Part shown: piece by piece, positions 8,270 through 16,767 of the stretch
How positions within the stretch are numbered: the first letter of the stretch is position 1
How the letters are laid out: every line of letters starts with the position of its first letter
Assembly (NCBI GenBank): GCA_044351935.1
Contig: JBILET010000005.1
Span: 1 to 16,863 of the forward strand
DNA: 16,863 bases
Direction: 5' to 3'
Source: Bdellovibrionota bacterium
GTDB lineage: Bacteria; Bdellovibrionota_C; UBA2361; JBIKWN01
The notes under the pieces: generated by a model
Databases searched by the model: none
What the model was told of the DNA's origin: nothing
What the model saw: the letters and a program-made list of their open reading frames with translations, nothing else
Translations under genes and position numbers: made by a program

Positions 8270-9187
8270 TTGATATCTAAGTTCAGGTACACCACCAAAA
8301 GATCTAGTGAAAAATTTTGGTAAACTTTGCGCGGCCCTTAAAAGTTTTTTAAGGTCTTTGAATTTATCATCGTGATAAATTAAGTTTGGTTGCTCATCAT
8401 CAGAAAGTTTTTGTCCTTTAAGTTCGAATACCATTCTTGCAGCATCATTAATATCACCAAATGCATCAACCAACCCAAGCTCTTTAGCTTGACTGCCAAG
8501 TATGATTCGACCATCTGAAAAAGATTTAACAGTCTCGAGTGGAAGTTTTCTTGCGCTCGCAATGTCGGCTACAAATTGTTTATGCACTTCTGAGGTAACA
8601 TTTTCTAGGTAGGCACGCTCTTCATTTGTCATAGCGCGAAACATATTTCCTGCATCTTTTAGAGTTCCACTACGAATAGTAATCATATCAACGCCAACAA
8701 GTTGAGAAACTTTTTCGACATTTGGAATCTGCATAATAACACCTATAGAACCAGTCATAGTTCCGGGTTGCGCAAATACTTTAGAACCACCAATAGCCGC
8801 ATAGAAGCCTCCACTTGCAGCAACCGAGCCCATTGAAGAAACAATTGGTTTTTTTGATTTTAATTTATCAACAGCACGATAAATATCCTGAGACGGAGCG
8901 ACTTGGCCGCCAGGAGAATCCACACGCAAAACAATCCCTGCGATAGAAGGGTCGTTAGCATTGTCATACAATTGAGTGATTACTTCTTTTGTATCCTCAA
9001 TCTCGCCCACAAGCTCAACAACAGCTATGTTTTTATTTCCAGGCTTCAAATCAGTCAGGTGCGATCCGCCTTTTGATGTAAGCACAGCTGATGTACCAAC
9101 TACTAAACCAATCAATAGCGGTATCACAACGACAATAAGCAATAAAATTGTTACTGTTTTAGCTAACCAGATAAAGTATTCTCTCAT
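8258..9187 (-). CDS. sppA: Signal peptide peptidase SppA, 36K type (S49 family)
   Basis: It has an N-terminal TM anchor and the S49 motifs NIAVVELVGEI, RVDSPGG, SMGSVAASGGFYAAIGG and TGSIGV. It overlaps the glyQS 3' end convergently by 12 bp. Confidence 0.87.
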   Translation of the reverse strand: MREYFIWLAKTVTILLLIVVVIPLLIGLVVGTSAVLTSKGGSHLTDLKPGNKNIAVVELVGEIEDTKEVITQLYDNANDPSIAGIVLRVDSPGGQVAPSQDIYRAVDKLKSKKPIVSSMGSVAASGGFYAAIGGSKVFAQPGTMTGSIGVIMQIPNVEKVSQLVGVDMITIRSGTLKDAGNMFRAMTNEERAYLENVTSEVHKQFVADIASARKLPLETVKSFSDGRIILGSQAKELGLVDAFGDINDAARMVFELKGQKLSDDEQPNLIYHDDKFKDLKKLLRAAQSLPKFFTRSFGGVPELRYQLTF

Positions 9188-9197
9188 AAACCCTCGT

Positions 9198-10160
9198 TTA
9201 AACTGCTAGTGATAATAATTGTTGATAGTCAGATGCTTTAGGATTAATTAGAGCCGCAATTTTTCGAGCTCGTCGTAGATATAGGTGCAGATCATACTCC
9301 CACGTAAAACCTATACCTCCATGTAGTTGCAAAGTAGTCTCAAGAGCAACTGGGATATTTTCAGCACAATACATAGCTGCAGATTTTACGGTAAAATCAT
9401 CCATGCCAACAGCAGCACATTCAACAAGACTCCAGCAACTTTCGCTTACTAAATAACAGTCAGAGAGCTGGTGAGAAACCGCTTGAAAAGATCCTATTGG
9501 CACTCCAAATTGCTTTCGAGTTTTTACATAATCAGTAGTAATCGCCATTATTTTTTCGACAATTCCACAAAGTTCGGCTGACAAAACAATTAATAGTGAA
9601 TTTCTAATAAATCTAGATTGCTCACTAGAAAGAGTACTTTGACTAACAGAAGATTTTTCCGCTGCAAAACTTAATTCAGTTATATCTAAACAATTATGCA
9701 ATGATGAATTATTCAAATTACAAGAATAAACAGATAAATTGTCACTGCTCAATAATCCAGAATTTGGAATTGCAATTACCGACTTGCATGAATTCGAAGG
9801 AACAAAACTTAGTGTTTGCCCAGACGGAGTTTCGAAACCAAAACAAACTGGTGTGTCTTTTAAATTTAAGTTAACAACCCGCTTTGCCACACCTTCTAGA
9901 AGTGCAGATTGGATAACGTTGGCAGTGGCTAAAGATGCTCCTATTTCTTTAGCTATTAAAGCTAAATCTAAAACAGTGCACGAGTCATCTTGGCTAAATT
10001 CTAAAATACCTAAATCCTGATAAAGATTTTCAGCTAACTGCCAACTAGACTGCTCAGTGCGAAATGTTCGGATAAAACTACTAGTGCATAACTGACCTAG
10101 TGCACCACGCAAAGATTCAACAAATGCAATTCTATCTTGATCGTATACAAATAATGTCAT
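9198..10160 (-). CDS. Acyl-CoA dehydrogenase family protein (short, about 320 aa; C-terminal ACAD helical domain recognisable)
   Basis: LQLHGGIGFTWEYDLHLYLRRARK matches the ACAD C-terminal signature (QIHGGYGYxxEYxxxRxxRDAKI). It is shorter than canonical ACADs, and I cannot find the YEG catalytic-base motif after this helix. Confidence 0.62.
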   Translation of the reverse strand: MTLFVYDQDRIAFVESLRGALGQLCTSSFIRTFRTEQSSWQLAENLYQDLGILEFSQDDSCTVLDLALIAKEIGASLATANVIQSALLEGVAKRVVNLNLKDTPVCFGFETPSGQTLSFVPSNSCKSVIAIPNSGLLSSDNLSVYSCNLNNSSLHNCLDITELSFAAEKSSVSQSTLSSEQSRFIRNSLLIVLSAELCGIVEKIMAITTDYVKTRKQFGVPIGSFQAVSHQLSDCYLVSESCWSLVECAAVGMDDFTVKSAAMYCAENIPVALETTLQLHGGIGFTWEYDLHLYLRRARKIAALINPKASDYQQLLSLAV

Positions 10161-10167
10161 TCTTGAA

Positions 10168-10476
10168 TTAAGCGATACCTAAAGTTTCTTTAACTTCATC
10201 AGATGGCTGCCAAGGCGGAACAAATACTACTGTTACATCAACTCCCGAAACATTTTCCATTGCTTGGATTTTTTCTTTTAATTCTCCGATTAGTTGCGGA
10301 CCAGCGGGACACATCGGAGATGTAAAAGTCATCTCGATATTAACGTGTGATTTATTTTCTTGTTCTGAAGGTTCGATACCTATGTGATAGATAAGCCCCA
10401 GAAACCATATATCCAAAAAAAGCTCGGGGTCCTCTATTGTTTTGATAACTTCAATAACTTGTTCCTTGGTAACCAT
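10168..10476 (-). CDS. DUF59/MIP18-family Fe-S cluster assembly protein (SufT/PaaD-like)
   Basis: At 102 aa it carries the classic DUF59 pattern: IEDPELFLDIWFLGLIY...VNIEMTFTSPMCPAGPQ. It lies immediately upstream of the ACAD-like and sppA genes on the same strand. Confidence 0.75.
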   Translation of the reverse strand: MVTKEQVIEVIKTIEDPELFLDIWFLGLIYHIGIEPSEQENKSHVNIEMTFTSPMCPAGPQLIGELKEKIQAMENVSGVDVTVVFVPPWQPSDEVKETLGIA

Positions 10477-10526
10477 GAGCCAATAGTATCATTTGATTCC
10501 AATCTTGGCGACAAGCCTCTGATGGC

Positions 10527-11567
10527 TTAAATACTATATGTTTTTAATTGATCTGCATTCATAACCGAGTCAATTCCGAACTCAGAGGCCAGTTGAGAAT
10601 TTACAGTTTTTTCGGGTGAAATTAAGACAGTTTTAGAAGCAAGATGTAAGTCATGGCGCATAATTTTTGCCAATGCTAGTTGCTGCCCCAATTCTTTGGA
10701 ACCATCAAATATAATTGTTTTATAACAATTTTGCTGAATAGCACAAAGCGCTTCTTCTATGCCGTTAACACTTGTTACCACTCGACCCATCGCTTTGGTT
10801 ATATCGGGGATATGGGAATCGGTAGAATGACTTACTACTAAAATTTGCTCGTTTTTTTGCTCAAGATAAAGCAGTGGTAATACAAGTTTCCAAATAGCTT
10901 GGTTGTTATCAAACGAAAAATGACTTTGCAAACCGATTGCATCGCTAATCTTATTAACAAATTGATAACTCAAAGATGATTCAAATTCCAAAGTATTATC
11001 ATTCAAATTAAATTCAGCTATTAATTCACCAATCACATTATTATCTGATTTGGTAAAGTTAGTAGAAAATGATACTGATTGAAAATGGTCTTTAATTGAA
11101 TATACAAAACTCTCTACTACTTGTAGTAATTTTACTCTATCAACGTTAAACACCAACTCGGGCCCATATTGGCTAATTGCAACCTGCTTGATTGACTCTG
11201 CGAAACAATGAAACTCTCGGTAATTAATAATATCAGACAATTTAGTTTTAGTTTCGCGAACAGAAACAGACTGCTTGTTTTGAATTGCTTCAAGCTCGAG
11301 CAACTCACAAACAGTTCGCTTAAGACGTGTAGCATATTCAGTTGCAGCAGTAATGACATCAAATTGCTCAACCGGCATAGAATTTTTACCAGTCATCGAC
11401 AACCCTTCTAGCGAAATGCAAACAGAAGTTAAATCGTTTTTAATTTGATGGATTTGTTGTTTGGTGATAGTGAATTGTTGTGATTTATTTTCATGCAATA
11501 AAGATGATTTACGCCAGAAAAATAGCGCACTAACTGCAAATATAGTCGTAAGAATCCACCACATCAT
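10527..11567 (-). CDS. Hypothetical membrane-anchored protein; possible degenerate histidine-kinase-like plus degenerate receiver-like architecture
   Basis: It has an N-terminal TM helix (MMWWILTTIFAVSALFFW). IHQIKNDLTSV resembles a HisKA H-box (hHELRTPL). LLQVVESFVYSIKDH resembles an N-box with the Asn replaced. The C-terminus ILVVSHSTDS...TIIFDGS...TVLISPEKT resembles a receiver fold with the DD pocket substituted. Confidence 0.68.
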   Translation of the reverse strand: MMWWILTTIFAVSALFFWRKSSLLHENKSQQFTITKQQIHQIKNDLTSVCISLEGLSMTGKNSMPVEQFDVITAATEYATRLKRTVCELLELEAIQNKQSVSVRETKTKLSDIINYREFHCFAESIKQVAISQYGPELVFNVDRVKLLQVVESFVYSIKDHFQSVSFSTNFTKSDNNVIGELIAEFNLNDNTLEFESSLSYQFVNKISDAIGLQSHFSFDNNQAIWKLVLPLLYLEQKNEQILVVSHSTDSHIPDITKAMGRVVTSVNGIEEALCAIQQNCYKTIIFDGSKELGQQLALAKIMRHDLHLASKTVLISPEKTVNSQLASEFGIDSVMNADQLKTYSI

Positions 11568-11869
11568 ACTGAGAAATTAGGCTGCTAGACCTCTTTCATA
11601 CATGTACACACTTAACCCAGATGTTTATATCGTCAGGTGGAGCTTAAAATCTTAGTATAATATATCGATATTCATCTCAAACTTCTTGGAATAGGAATAT
11701 TGAATTAATTCGAATAGTTACACATCCAAAAGATTAATTTCTAATATACTTTTTGAGCCTTATTGAATAGACCAGCACTATGGATGATTACGAATTATAT
11801 GTAGAAATATTGGTTTAAATTTAGAGCTACTTCATTACATTTATCCCACAATCGTCCGACAAAATTCCG
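11568..11869. promoter_or_regulatory. 302-bp AT-rich divergent intergenic region (promoters for the pseudo-kinase gene and the subtilisin gene)
   Basis: It contains no ORF of 60 aa or more. A TATAAT hexamer sits at 11657-11662, but I found no convincing -35. There is no tRNA-like T-loop. Confidence 0.3.
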
Positions 11870-13588
11870 ATGATACTTAGACTCCTCGTAGTTTATGTGT
11901 TCCTACTTATACACTTTGAATGTAACGCTTGTCACGCCGACAATACACGAATATTCAGCCATGAAGCTCTTTTAAGTTTTGCACAAACAAATGTTAAGAG
12001 CTCAAGAATATTTAACCATCACATTAGAAGGATTAGAAATATTGGCTCACTCGACTATCAACAACTTTCAGATACAACTCTTAAAACTACAATTAAGCGA
12101 AAAAGAAGCTCTAGAATAATTAAATCATCAGAGCGCTTCTTAAAATCACGTAACCCATGTAATGAACCATCAATTAAGCGTTTGGCGCGTACATTACGAG
12201 GAATTTATTGCGAGCCAAATTGGGAAGGCAAAACTATTAATACGCCAAATGATACACTTCAAAACTTAGTTTATTCTGCCAATGAGAGTAGCGCTGCTAG
12301 ACTTCATCTTCCCGCTGCTTGGGATTTAACTACTGGCTCATCAAATATATATATTGGTGTTATCGACACAGGTATTGACTACAATCATCCAGATTTAATA
12401 TCCAACATTTGGGTAAACCCAAGTGAAATATCATCTAATGGAATCGATGATGATTCTAATGGATTTGTAGACGACATATACGGAATCGATCCTCTCAACA
12501 ATGATAGCGACCCAACTGACGATCATGGACATGGTACTTATGTCTCGGGGATACTTGGCGCTGTGGGAAATAATTCAAGGGGCCTAGCAGGTGTTGCATG
12601 GAGTGTAAAAATTATCTCATGCAAGGCTTTTAATTCTTCAGGTTCAGGATCCGGTGCAGCGATAATTAGCTGCTTAAACTATTTTGTGACATTAAAAAAT
12701 AATTTTGGATTTAACATCGTCGCAACGAACAATTCATATGGTGGATTTCCTTACTCTCAGTCAATGCTGTCCGCAATAGAAGCAACCAAGGCTGCTAATA
12801 TTGTCTTTGTCGCAGGCGCTGGAAATCAATCAAGTAACAACGATACAAACCCATTTTACCCAGCAAATTATGCTGTTGATAATATTATTTCAGTTGGAGC
12901 TGTAGATTCGGCGGCAAATAAGGCTAGTTTTTCAAATTTTGGCTTATCAGTAGACATCTCTGCTCCTGGTGTCGGAGTATTAACGACTCTTCCTAACAAT
13001 CAATACGGATATGTACAGGGTACATCAATGTCAGCGCCACACATTACAGGCACCGTGGCTTTGCTTATGGCTTACCATCCTACCTACCATTACTCGCAGG
13101 CAATCAATTCAATCCTCAATACAGGCACGATTATCTCGGGACTTTCGGGCAAGAATAGTACAAGCGCAATCGTAAATACTGAAGCGGCGCTAAAATATGA
13201 CGCACCGCTACCGACTCCAACAGTCACACCAATACCGAGCATGACCCCAACGACTACTGCTACCTCTACACCAACTATCCCCCCTGATAATAGGTCAACA
13301 ACATTAAAAATCTCCTCAAACGCAACGCGTACAAAAGTAACCGTGACTTGTTCTCTTGTATCAACTATCAATGGTATTGGCAGGCCACTCTCAAACTACA
13401 AAGTTTTTCTAAACACTAAGGGCATTAAGACACCCAAAGCAAAAATCACCAATAAAAATGGGTTGGCTAGTTTTGTTCTGCACCCACTACGTAAACTTGC
13501 ATTCACTGCTCGATGTAACTCGAAAATTTCTGATATAGATTCAGATTATATAGTACGGTCTCGAACTATAAAATTAAGAACTAAATAA
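11870..13588 (+). CDS. Secreted subtilisin-like serine protease (peptidase S8) with Pro/Thr-rich linker and about 110-aa C-terminal beta-rich domain
   Basis: It has a signal peptide (MILRLLVVYVFLLIHFECNA). The catalytic triad motifs are GVIDTGIDYNHPDL (Asp), DHGHGTYVSGILGA (His) and GTSMSAPHITGTVALL (Ser), with the oxyanion Asn in NNSYGG. A linker PLPTPTVTPIPSMTPTTTATSTPTIPP precedes the C-terminal domain. Confidence 0.9.
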   Translation: MILRLLVVYVFLLIHFECNACHADNTRIFSHEALLSFAQTNVKSSRIFNHHIRRIRNIGSLDYQQLSDTTLKTTIKRKRSSRIIKSSERFLKSRNPCNEPSIKRLARTLRGIYCEPNWEGKTINTPNDTLQNLVYSANESSAARLHLPAAWDLTTGSSNIYIGVIDTGIDYNHPDLISNIWVNPSEISSNGIDDDSNGFVDDIYGIDPLNNDSDPTDDHGHGTYVSGILGAVGNNSRGLAGVAWSVKIISCKAFNSSGSGSGAAIISCLNYFVTLKNNFGFNIVATNNSYGGFPYSQSMLSAIEATKAANIVFVAGAGNQSSNNDTNPFYPANYAVDNIISVGAVDSAANKASFSNFGLSVDISAPGVGVLTTLPNNQYGYVQGTSMSAPHITGTVALLMAYHPTYHYSQAINSILNTGTIISGLSGKNSTSAIVNTEAALKYDAPLPTPTVTPIPSMTPTTTATSTPTIPPDNRSTTLKISSNATRTKVTVTCSLVSTINGIGRPLSNYKVFLNTKGIKTPKAKITNKNGLASFVLHPLRKLAFTARCNSKISDIDSDYIVRSRTIKLRTK

Positions 13589-13599
13589 ATAAGTTTTCA

Positions 13600-14613
13600 C
13601 TAACTACGATTATTAATTTTAGTTAATTCGAATAAGGCAGACTGGTATCGGCTGCGTAAATTTTGGTCCTTTGCGGATAATGACTTTTTCTCGATGATTT
13701 CTAACAAAAATCGACCATCTCTGCTTCCGCGCAATGGTGGCAGAGGTGGTTGATTATCAATTCTTTGAAGATCAATCTTTAGCAATTCTTCTGTAACTTC
13801 TAAAGCCTTAATTGATTGAGTTGAATCATCTGACTTCATGCGTCGTGCAAGTGATTCGGTTAAAAATGAATATCCAAGTCTACCATCTTCAAATAATGTA
13901 TCTATATATTCTATTTTTGTGTCTAGGTCTTTTGCATTTCTTACGGAATTAATTGTAGATTCTGCTTCTAATAAAACTTGCTCTTCTGCCCTAATATTTT
14001 GGGATTCCACCCTATTTTGATTAATTATTTTTGAACTTATGTCGCCAACCATCCATAACGTTGGCCCTAGTATTGCTAGACCAACTATAACCGATGCTAC
14101 AATTCGTGATGGAGACTCCTTAATCCAATCGATATTTTTTTCCAACCAAAGTCTGGTCCGTGACTTAATTAGCTCTGATGGAGGTTCCCCAAACCTTTCA
14201 ATTATTTGACTATCAATTTTATGCTTAATTTTTCTTCCAATTTGGTCCGGATGCTGGTGAGGATAGATTATCGGTATTAATTCACTTCGGTCTCTTTTAG
14301 ATTTTACGGTTACCACCGAAATAATTTCTATCTTATCTAATGCACCATCAATTACGGCTTGTTCGTCGATAATTCTAAATCCAATTTTGCCTTTAAATTT
14401 CTTTAAGTCAGGCAACGGTAATATCTGTAATTGGTCTTGTGAATAACCAAATGATTGACAAAGAAGATTTATACAATTTGTTTGAATTTCTTCTATCTTT
14501 GAAGCAGAGCTAAGTTTATCGGTGGATTCTGTTTGCCCAAATGACTGTGGCAATTCATCTATTAATTTTGAACTACTATGCTCATCTTCGAATTCAGAAT
14601 GTAAATTCATCAC
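13600..14613 (-). CDS. Hypothetical bitopic membrane protein (about 170-aa cytoplasmic N-domain, one TM, about 145-aa coiled-coil-like periplasmic C-domain)
   Basis: There is a single hydrophobic segment, RIVASVIVGLAILGPTLWMVGDI, near the middle. The C-terminal part is charged and helical-looking, with a PPLPPL stretch. No catalytic motif is recognisable. Confidence 0.68.
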   Translation of the reverse strand: MMNLHSEFEDEHSSSKLIDELPQSFGQTESTDKLSSASKIEEIQTNCINLLCQSFGYSQDQLQILPLPDLKKFKGKIGFRIIDEQAVIDGALDKIEIISVVTVKSKRDRSELIPIIYPHQHPDQIGRKIKHKIDSQIIERFGEPPSELIKSRTRLWLEKNIDWIKESPSRIVASVIVGLAILGPTLWMVGDISSKIINQNRVESQNIRAEEQVLLEAESTINSVRNAKDLDTKIEYIDTLFEDGRLGYSFLTESLARRMKSDDSTQSIKALEVTEELLKIDLQRIDNQPPLPPLRGSRDGRFLLEIIEKKSLSAKDQNLRSRYQSALFELTKINNRS

Positions 14614-14725
14614 TAATAATTATGGTTGATAAATTAAAAGTGTAAGAATAAAAAATTTTACCTACACTATTCTCATTTTGCTCATAAACTTTTTTGAATT
14701 CGATTTAACAAAAGGAAAATTTAGA

Positions 14726-15769
14726 ATGAGCGAAATTAATACCAAAAGTAACCAACATCAAGAACATGACTCAGATGGATTTGATCTTTCTAAAATTAGC
14801 TTTGGTAAAGTATTAGCTATGATTGGATTAGCTTCGGCAGGACTTGTTGGTTGTGGCCCTGCAAAAGTAGAAAAATGGGAAGACGTTGGGCCAAATCAGA
14901 CAGCTTTTAAAATAGCGATGGAAGGTGATGAACAAACTCAATTTGAATCAGAAAAATTTCTGCAAGCACGCAAAGTTCCTGCAAAAAGAATCGGAATCGA
15001 ACAACGTCAAGCAACTACAGGTAGAATGCCTTGGAATTACAAATGGGTACCAACAACGATTGTAATAAAAGTTGATAGAGGTTTAGTTACACGCGAGTGG
15101 ACTTCCGCAAATGACACTAACGAAGAATCCAATAACGATGCATTATTAGTCACTAGTAAGGATGGTGTGGGAATTTATTTCGGTATAAACCTGACTGCTA
15201 GAATCGATGAACCTATGGCAGCAAGATATCTATACTTCCATGGACAACGAAGTTTAAGCGAAGTTGTTGATACAAACATTAGATCAGATATTCAAGGATT
15301 ATTATCTGGTACAGTCGGAAATATGACTCGAATCGAGATCCAAAACGGACTTCCAGCTATTTTCGCAAAACTGACTCCAGAAGTTAAGAAATTAGCCATG
15401 GAACGTGGAATCACAATCGAAACAATAGGCCCAGCAGAAGGTTTGAAATATGCAAACCCTGAAGTTCAGAAATCAATTGATGCTCAAGTGATTGCAGAAA
15501 ACATGAAAAAAACCGAAATTGCAAAACAAGAAGCTGCAAAAATAGCCAATGCTACAGCAATTGATAAAGCAAAATCGGATGCTGAAGTCGGTAGATTAGT
15601 TGCCCAGAATTCTGAGTCGCTAAAGAAAAAAGCCGAGATGGAAGCATTAATTGCCAAATCAAAAGCAGCGCAAACATTAGCAGAAAAATGGGATGGTAAG
15701 TTACCTGACAATATCATGCCAGCCAACTCACCTATGCTTCAGCAATTAGGTATAACCGCTGGTAAATAA
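14726..15769 (+). CDS. SPFH/band-7 (stomatin/prohibitin/HflKC-like) domain lipoprotein
   Basis: The track ORF is 14678..15769 and begins at TTG. The first ATG is at 14726, with AAAGGAAAA Shine-Dalgarno-like sequence upstream. A lipobox LVGC follows the hydrophobic segment VLAMIGLASAG. The SPFH-like core is LVTSKDGVGIYFGINLTARIDEPMAARY...SEVVDTNIRSDIQGLLSG...ERGITIETIGPAEG, followed by an Ala/Lys/Glu-rich C-terminal coiled coil. Confidence 0.7.
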   Translation: MSEINTKSNQHQEHDSDGFDLSKISFGKVLAMIGLASAGLVGCGPAKVEKWEDVGPNQTAFKIAMEGDEQTQFESEKFLQARKVPAKRIGIEQRQATTGRMPWNYKWVPTTIVIKVDRGLVTREWTSANDTNEESNNDALLVTSKDGVGIYFGINLTARIDEPMAARYLYFHGQRSLSEVVDTNIRSDIQGLLSGTVGNMTRIEIQNGLPAIFAKLTPEVKKLAMERGITIETIGPAEGLKYANPEVQKSIDAQVIAENMKKTEIAKQEAAKIANATAIDKAKSDAEVGRLVAQNSESLKKKAEMEALIAKSKAAQTLAEKWDGKLPDNIMPANSPMLQQLGITAGK

Positions 15770-15794
15770 AGAAATCACAATTGCAACAAAAATA

Positions 15795-15824
15795 GGGGTG
15801 CTGTAATTTACAGTGCCCCTTTTT
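15795..15824. terminator. Rho-independent (bidirectional) terminator between convergent SPFH-like and meaB genes
   Basis: GGGGTGCTG (15795-15803), loop TAATTTA, CAGTGCCCC (15811-19), followed by TTTTT (15820-24). An A-run lies upstream for the opposite strand. The stem is 9 bp with a GC-rich base. Confidence 0.55.
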
Positions 15825-16767
15825 AGCTATTATAAATAAGCTCTGCCGCAGAATAAGGATCAATCTGCCTAGCTAAAATCTGATCTACGATTTGATTTAA
15901 TTGATCTTTTGGAAACCTAAGCGCTTTATCCATTGCAATATCACCAGTTAGGTTTATAACCATTTCACGAAGTACTCTACGTTTACGATCTTCTCCTACA
16001 GAAGTAGATTGTAGCCACGCTTGGTGTTTGTTTAGTTTTTCTACCAACTCTTCTATACCAGTTCCATTTGTAGCTATAGTGCTGACTATTTCTGGTCGCC
16101 ACGCGCCTTCTGAGTATTCTGCTAAAGACAAGACTACGTTTAAATCTTTTACTAAGTGTGCGGCTCCATCACGATCTGACTTATTAACTGCAAAAACATC
16201 GGCGATTTCTAATATTCCTGCTTTAATTGCTTGAACACTATCGCCCATCCCAGGAACCATTACCACAATACAAGTATCGGCAATGCGAACAATATCAACT
16301 TCGGCCTGACCTACTCCAACAGTTTCTATTATTAGAGTATCAAATCCAGCAGCATCTAATATTTGAATAGCATCAATTGTCGCTCTTGCTAATCCACCAA
16401 GGGCGCCTCGAGTAGCCATACTTCGAATATAAACTTTTCCATCTTCGCTAATTTTATTCATGCGAATTCTATCACCTAGGATTGCTCCGCCACTAAATGG
16501 TGATGATGGATCGATTGCTAAAATAGCAACTTTTTTATTTTGTTTTCGTAACGTGACTGCAAGGCCATCAACAAGTGTTGATTTACCTGCTCCTGGAGAG
16601 CCAGTCACACCGATAATATGTGCTCGACCAGTGCTTTTAAAAAGTTTTTTTACAAGTGGTCTAGCGCGCTTACTGTTATTTTCGACAATAGACAACATCC
16701 GAGACAACGCTCGGATGTTTGTTTGTGGAATTTGTTCTAGTAGCTCATCATCGCTAAACTCTTTCAC
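15823..16767 (-). CDS. meaB: MeaB/ArgK-family G-protein (methylmalonyl-CoA mutase-associated GTPase, LAO/AO transport ATPase family)
   Basis: The Walker A loop is IIGVTGSPGAGKSTL. ILAIDPSSPFSGGAILGDRIRM and the NKSD G4 motif (VFAVNKSD) are typical of MeaB. The apparent start is GTG at 16765-16767, with no in-frame ATG upstream before a stop. Confidence 0.87.
   Translation of the reverse strand: MKEFSDDELLEQIPQTNIRALSRMLSIVENNSKRARPLVKKLFKSTGRAHIIGVTGSPGAGKSTLVDGLAVTLRKQNKKVAILAIDPSSPFSGGAILGDRIRMNKISEDGKVYIRSMATRGALGGLARATIDAIQILDAAGFDTLIIETVGVGQAEVDIVRIADTCIVVMVPGMGDSVQAIKAGILEIADVFAVNKSDRDGAAHLVKDLNVVLSLAEYSEGAWRPEIVSTIATNGTGIEELVEKLNKHQAWLQSTSVGEDRKRRVLREMVINLTGDIAMDKALRFPKDQLNQIVDQILARQIDPYSAAELIYNS

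Noticed and set aside
7997-9209. Small ORFs 7997..8209(-), 8380..8562(-), 8976..9209(+)
   Set aside because: They are antisense or out-of-frame within glyQS and sppA and have no motifs.
9739-10020. 93-aa plus-strand ORF inside the ACAD-like gene
   Set aside because: It is antisense to a gene with a recognisable ACAD signature and is likely spurious.
11132-11411. 79-aa (-) and 67-aa (+) ORFs inside 10527..11567
   Set aside because: They are nested in or antisense to the longer 346-aa ORF. The longer ORF has a TM segment and domain-like organisation and is preferred.
13090-13371. 93-aa minus-strand ORF opposite the subtilisin PT-linker
   Set aside because: It is antisense to the Pro/Thr-rich linker, so its Val/Gly-rich translation is a mirror artefact of repetitive ACN/CCN codons.
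13700-14200. PilZ-like c-di-GMP motifs (RxxxR ... DxSxxG) in the cytoplasmic domain of the 337-aa membrane protein
   Set aside because: The only basic cluster (KSKRDRSE) is not followed by a D/NxSxxG motif at the right spacing.
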